From positions 1,321 through 65,320 of the forward strand of contig JARRNM010000013.1 of NCBI GenBank assembly GCA_037384945.1: DNA of 64,000 bases. Reading direction: 5' to 3'. This DNA comes from Deltaproteobacteria bacterium (GTDB lineage Bacteria; Desulfobacterota; Syntrophobacteria; BM002). A program made the position numbers and the translations under genes. Shown piece after piece: positions 59,587 through 64,000 of this stretch (its first letter is position 1; each line of letters opens with the position of its first letter). Under the pieces are notes generated by a model. That model saw nothing but the letters and a program-made list of their open reading frames with translations, was not told where the DNA came from and ran no database searches.

Positions 59587-59850
59587 CTGGAGTAATGGAA
59601 CCTATGAAATCCCAAACTCCAAGCACCAAATCTTAGGGTTTTAGGTGTCGGGTGTCAGGTGTCAGCCTTTGTGTTTCTCCTCCCTGACACCTGAAACCTG
59701 AACACTGAAACCTTAGTCCTTCTTCTGTGGAATTTTCGGATACTCCACTACTCCAGTACTCCAATAGAGCTTACGATCTTTAACGGCAAAGCCTTCAGTT
59801 TTCACCTGGCTCAGAGGACCAGTTTCTCTTCGATCAAATAAACCCGCCAA
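59587..59850. repeat. ~260 bp composite repeat (family A termini GGAGTAATGGA ... ACTCCACTACTCCA, internal GGTGTCAGG hairpin, 3' conserved tail), upstream copy flanking the GGDEF-EAL gene
   Basis: The termini and the ~80 bp 3' tail (CCAAT.GAGCTTA...GGCAAAGCC.T..AGTTT.ACCTGG..CAGAGGACC.G.TTTCTCT) are shared with 62316-62545 in the same orientation. Confidence 0.6.
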
Positions 59851-59895
59851 TAAACCTTCTCAGACAGGCCTGATCGGCCAATCTCTCCATTAGAC

Positions 59896-62079
59896 TTGGC
59901 ACAGGATGTGCTTATCCTCAGTGAGATGAAATCACACCGAGAAGATGGACTATTAAACAAGGGTTGTGATCCAGTGGAAAAGTCCAATGTAGTTTTGGTG
60001 GCTGAGAACGACAACGAGATCAGAGATCTGGTTTACACTCAGCTCGAAGCAGACGGGTTCAAAGTAATTTGTGTTACCAGCGGTGACCAGGCGGTTAGCG
60101 AGAGTCGCAGCCTGAAACCAGATGTCATTGTCATGGATCTGAAGATGCCAAGAATGAACGGCATCGAGGCTATAAAAATACTGAAAAAGGACAAAAGCAC
60201 CCGGCATATTCCCATTATAGTGGGGACGGTGGCCGAGGAAAGAGAAGACATAGTAAAGAGCTTTGAAGCCGGGGCAATATCTTACATCTCAAGACCTTAC
60301 TACATGCCGGAATTGAAGGCGAAGATCAATTCTGTTCTTGAATCAAAGAAGCTTTATGACAACTTGATGCAGTCGGAAGAGAAATACCGCCTGCTGGTTG
60401 AAAATGCCAACGACGCCATTCTGGTCATCCAGGACGAAATTCTCACATTCTATAATCCGAGAGCTTCTGAGCTCTTTGATTATCCAGAGAAAAAGCTAAG
60501 GTCCACCCGCTTTGTGGAATTTCTCCACGGGGAAGACAAGGACGAGTTTCATGAGTACCAAGACAGAATCCTCTTGGGCAGAAGAGCCTGCCCGGCCCTT
60601 TCTTTTCGCCTCCTGTCGAATGATGGGAATTTCAGATGGGTGGAGGCAAAGGGTGTCCTCATAGACTGGGATGGCAACCCCGCAACTCTTCATTTTCTTA
60701 CTGATATTACGGCCCGCAAGCGGACAGAAGAAGAGATGCGCTTTCTGGCCTTCTATGATTGTCTGACCGGTTTGCCTAACCGGCTGATGTTTAATGAACA
60801 CATGAATCAAACCCTGGCTTATGCCAGACGCAATAATACTCTCGTTGCCGCGCTATTCTTGGATCTCGATCATTTTAAGCGGGTTAATGATACACTTGGC
60901 CATCACTTGGGTGACACTCTGTTAAACGCTGTGGGAGAACGCTTAATAAGGATAATACGTAAGAGCGACATTCTCGCCCGCAATGTCGAAGACATATGCA
61001 ACACAAATATAGCCCGCTTCGGTGGAGACGAGTTTGTCTTGCTCCTTACTAATATCAAGAAAGCGCAAGACGCGGCTAAGGTAGCCAGACGCATTCTTTA
61101 TACACTTTCCGACGCTTTTGTTTTGGATTCTCACAAAATATTTATTACCACCAGCATTGGCATCAGCCTCTTTCCTGCTGACGGGCAAGACGGTGAGACT
61201 TTGATAAAAAATGCCGATAAAGCAATGTATCATGCGAAGAACTTGGGTAGAAACAATTACCAGTTTTATGCAGACTCTATCCAGGGTGGCACCTCCGAGA
61301 GGGTTACACTCAAAGCGGACCTCTACAAGGCCCTGGAGGCTAAGGAGCTGATTCTTTACTATCAACCACAACTGTCCATTGACACAAGATCGATCATCGG
61401 TACTGAGGCTCTTATACGCTGGCAGCATGCAAATTTAGGTGTGGTGCCTCCAGCAGACATCATACCGCTGGCTGAAGAAAGCGGTCTCATTGAATCTGTG
61501 AGCAAGTGGGTGCTTCAGACCGCCTGCCAGCAAAATCTGGCCTGGAGAGAGGCCGGGATGACAGAAATGCGCATGTCCGTGAATCTGTCCAGTCTCCTGT
61601 TAAAAGAGCAAAAACTGGCAGATCTGATCGCTGAGGTCTTAAGCGACACCGGGGCGGACCCATCTTTTTTGGAGATTGAACTTCCGGAAAGCTCCTTAAT
61701 TCAAGAAGAAGACGCGGTTAAAGTTTTGCGGGATCTAAAGGATATAGGTGTTAGGATAGCCGCTGATGATTTTGGCACTGGTTATTCATCCCTGCACCAT
61801 CTAAGGAACGTCCCTCTGGATGTCTTGAAGATAGATCGATCCTTCATAAAGAATATTCCCGAAAATGGTGATAATGCCGCGATTGTTGCCGCCACCATTG
61901 CCATGGCACACAGCCTGAACCTGGAAGTTGTGGCAGTGGGAGTAGAGACTGAAGCGCAGCTGGAATTTTTGCGCGAGCGAGGATGTGACACCATTCAAGG
62001 ATACCTGTTCAGCCCACCTCTACCGGCCTATGATATTATCCCACTGCTGCAGGAAGAAGGCCTCGAAGTCACGATGTAA
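59896..62079 (+). CDS. Response-regulator receiver / PAS / GGDEF / EAL multidomain c-di-GMP turnover protein
   Basis: REC (VVLVAENDNE...VIVMDLKMP), PAS, GGDEF (RFGGDEFVLL) and EAL (EALIRW ... DDFGTGYSSL) motifs. Confidence 0.9.
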   Translation: MAQDVLILSEMKSHREDGLLNKGCDPVEKSNVVLVAENDNEIRDLVYTQLEADGFKVICVTSGDQAVSESRSLKPDVIVMDLKMPRMNGIEAIKILKKDKSTRHIPIIVGTVAEEREDIVKSFEAGAISYISRPYYMPELKAKINSVLESKKLYDNLMQSEEKYRLLVENANDAILVIQDEILTFYNPRASELFDYPEKKLRSTRFVEFLHGEDKDEFHEYQDRILLGRRACPALSFRLLSNDGNFRWVEAKGVLIDWDGNPATLHFLTDITARKRTEEEMRFLAFYDCLTGLPNRLMFNEHMNQTLAYARRNNTLVAALFLDLDHFKRVNDTLGHHLGDTLLNAVGERLIRIIRKSDILARNVEDICNTNIARFGGDEFVLLLTNIKKAQDAAKVARRILYTLSDAFVLDSHKIFITTSIGISLFPADGQDGETLIKNADKAMYHAKNLGRNNYQFYADSIQGGTSERVTLKADLYKALEAKELILYYQPQLSIDTRSIIGTEALIRWQHANLGVVPPADIIPLAEESGLIESVSKWVLQTACQQNLAWREAGMTEMRMSVNLSSLLLKEQKLADLIAEVLSDTGADPSFLEIELPESSLIQEEDAVKVLRDLKDIGVRIAADDFGTGYSSLHHLRNVPLDVLKIDRSFIKNIPENGDNAAIVAATIAMAHSLNLEVVAVGVETEAQLEFLRERGCDTIQGYLFSPPLPAYDIIPLLQEEGLEVTM

Positions 62080-62248
62080 TCTCACCCAGCATTTTTTCTA
62101 ACCCGGCGATTGTTTCCTCAAGTTCTTCGATCTCTTGAACCTGGTGCGGTCGAACAGAATGAGCCGGCAAAGCAGTTTCTCTATCGCGAAGCCTCGCTTT
62201 CAGTTCCTCAATTTCCTCAAGCAATCTTTCTCTTTTGCTCTTAGCCAT
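62069..62248 (-). CDS. Hypothetical 59-aa coiled-coil protein (SlyX-like flavour). Its stop overlaps the 3' end of the GGDEF-EAL gene.
   Basis: Hand-translated MAKSKRERLLEEIEELKARLRDRETALPAHSVRPHQVQEIEELEETIAGLEKMLGEITS. Confidence 0.25.
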   Translation of the reverse strand: MAKSKRERLLEEIEELKARLRDRETALPAHSVRPHQVQEIEELEETIAGLEKMLGEITS

Positions 62249-62315
62249 CTATTGTTCCCCTTCAGTCTAGGCTAATCCGCCCAGGGAGATATAAGAGGTG
62301 AGATGCGGTAGCCTG

Positions 62316-62545
62316 CCGGAGTAATGGAGTCCAGCGATTTTAAATTTTAGAATGAAGATTTCAGATTTAAGAGCTCAGAACTCACCGGCACGAGATGCAT
62401 GAAGCTTCATTCTGCAATCAACAATCCAAAATCATAAATGATATTTGCTCCACTACTCCAATGTAGCTTATTTAAAGGCAAAGCCCTTGAGTTTGACCTG
62501 GCCCAGAGGACCTGGTTTTCTCTACGGTTAAAGAATAATTCCTCT
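62316..62545. repeat. ~230 bp composite repeat, downstream copy flanking the GGDEF-EAL gene. Same termini and 3' tail as 59587-59850 but a different internal hairpin (GAATGAAG...CTTCATTC).
   Basis: See 59587-59850. Confidence 0.6.
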
Positions 62546-63594
62546 AAACAGTTTTCAAATGCTCCCGAATCATCAGGGCTGCACTGGCCCCCTCACCGGC
62601 AGCACTAGCCACCTGCTTGGTGCTTCTGTCCCGCACATCACCGGCAGCAAAGATACCAGGCACACTGGTCTCCAGTAGATGAGGATCTCGCTTTTCGTAA
62701 CCCTTGGGTCGTTTGCCACTGTGAACCAGATCATGGCCTGTTACGATGAAACCCCATTGATCCAAGATCACACCGCTTCCGGTGAGAAAGCCAGTGTTCG
62801 GCTCCAGACCAATAAAAATAAAGGCTCCATCTATAGGCAGATCCTCTTCCACACCATTTTGATTGTTCGCTATTCTGAGCTTCTTTAACCGGGAGCCCTC
62901 ACCCAGAAATTCTTTTACTTCTGTATGCCAGAGCACATCAATTCTGGGATGGCTCAAAACACTCTCCTGAATGATCTGGGTGGCCTTGAACTGGCCGCTT
63001 CTCACCAGCAAGGTCACCCTTTCGGCAAATTTGGTCAATAAAAGGCTCTCCTCGGTGGCGCTGTTACCACCACCCACCACTGCAACACTCTTTCCTTTAT
63101 AAAAGGGGCCATCGCAGGTGGCACAAAAATGCACACCGGCTCCCATGAATTCGCTTTCACCGGGCACATTCAGTCTTCGGTAGCGGCTTCCCGTGGTAAT
63201 GAGCAGGGCGCGACCGCTATACTCGGAACCGTCTCCGGTTTGCACGCAATGGTAGTTTTCATGACTATGAACGCGATCCACCTCCTGCGCCTGAAGTAAC
63301 TCCACCCCAAAGCGTTCCGCTTGTTGACGCAACCGTTGAGAGAATTCCATACCAGCCACCCCGTCTGGAAAGCCGGGCATATTGTCCAGTTTTTCCGTGC
63401 CTGCAGCCTGTCCTCCGAAGGCAGCCCGTTCTATCACCAGGGTATCGATGAACTCTCGAGCCGTGTAAACGGCTGCAGTCAGACCGGCAGGCCTGTTCCC
63501 CTAGAAACTGCTTGCTTTGCCGGCAATCTGGGCACCAGTAGGCGCCATAAACGGTTATTTCTCCTTTCGCCATATCTCTCATCTCCTTTTGCAT
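62544..63594 (-). pseudogene. trxB: Thioredoxin-disulfide reductase (TrxR, CATC active site) with a disrupted N-terminus. The FAD-binding GxGxxG region is in frame with a TAG (63500-63502). An upstream out-of-frame ATG opens a glutaredoxin/thioredoxin-fold-like leader (ITVYGAYWCPDCRQSKQFLGEQ).
   Basis: The intact ORF 62544..63437 starts at residue ~45 of TrxR. The same frame upstream reads MAPTGAQIAGKASSF*GNRPAGLTAAVYTAREFIDTLVIERAAFGGQ. The frame -1 ORF 63265..63594 begins with the CxxC motif. Confidence 0.6.
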
Positions 63595-64000
63595 CTGAAC
63601 TCAGAGGGGTGTCACTCCAAAACCGTTGATACTTGAAGATACTTGCCGATGTTTTGTCACCACCAGCCGCGCCAAGGCGAAAATCAAAATCTTCAGTATT
63701 ATATGATAATCACTTTGTCTTCTCTGTGCCCTTTCTGGCCGAAAGGAGTCTCAGCAGTTGCTTTGTCGGATCTCCGGGTAAAATGTTTGATCTTATCTAA
63801 AAAAATTGACTTTTTGCCAGACCCTGGTCAATCCCGGACAATGGATTTTCTTTCCCATTTCAGCAGGTAGATTGTGCTCATATATTTACTCTTGGGAATC
63901 CAGGTAAATCACCTCCTGCACTTAGTTGGCACACTTTAGATTTTCTTCTATCTATGATCCGAATGACTCCGATAAAAAGATATTTCGAACCACTTGACAA

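Noticed and set aside
1175-62545. CRISPR array interpretation of the short intergenic repeats
   Set aside because: Repeats are dispersed singly or as hairpin pairs across many loci, without regular repeat-spacer periodicity or adjacent cas genes.
63500-63502. TAG in trxB as pyrrolysine
   Set aside because: Position is a structural hydrophobic residue of the Rossmann beta-strand. No pyl context is evident. An indel or pseudogene is more parsimonious.

Overview
This 64 kb window is a chromosomal segment of about 52% GC. The gene content (thrS-infC-rpmI-rplT-pheST, mutL-miaA, an MglA/MglB GTPase pair, a PATAN/DUF4388 protein, many GGDEF/REC proteins) points to a Deltaproteobacteria/Desulfobacterota- or Myxococcota-like organism.

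Most of the window is housekeeping: an ABC exporter operon with a transglutaminase-like protein, miaB, recJ, pgsA, tRNA-Val(GAC), mreB, a polar amino-acid ABC transporter, panC, divIVA-yggT, proC, nadC, valS, lptF/G, and a thioredoxin reductase. Four observations go beyond routine annotation:

1. A candidate polarity/motility module: mglB-mglA, followed by a ~800 aa hyper-acidic tandem-repeat protein and a TPR protein whose kinase-like domain lacks the catalytic aspartate. A PATAN-domain protein, a double-GAF degenerate-GGDEF protein and an orphan mreB lie nearby.

2. A dense population of mosaic MITE/REP-like intergenic hairpin repeats in at least three families. It includes a ~400 bp element with terminal inverted repeats sitting between an ABC ATPase gene and its permease, and a ~250 bp direct repeat flanking a REC-PAS-GGDEF-EAL gene.

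3. Four apparently disrupted genes. nadC has a TAA at the catalytic lysine. trxB has a broken N-terminus with an out-of-frame glutaredoxin-like CxxC leader. A DUF389 gene has a frameshift plus an in-frame TGA. The amino-acid permease has a 1-nt frameshift.

4. Two low-GC islets that look horizontally acquired: an O-methyltransferase / alpha/beta hydrolase / TetR block, and a small lipoprotein gene.

Everything here is read from the sequence and from family knowledge. No database searches were run.
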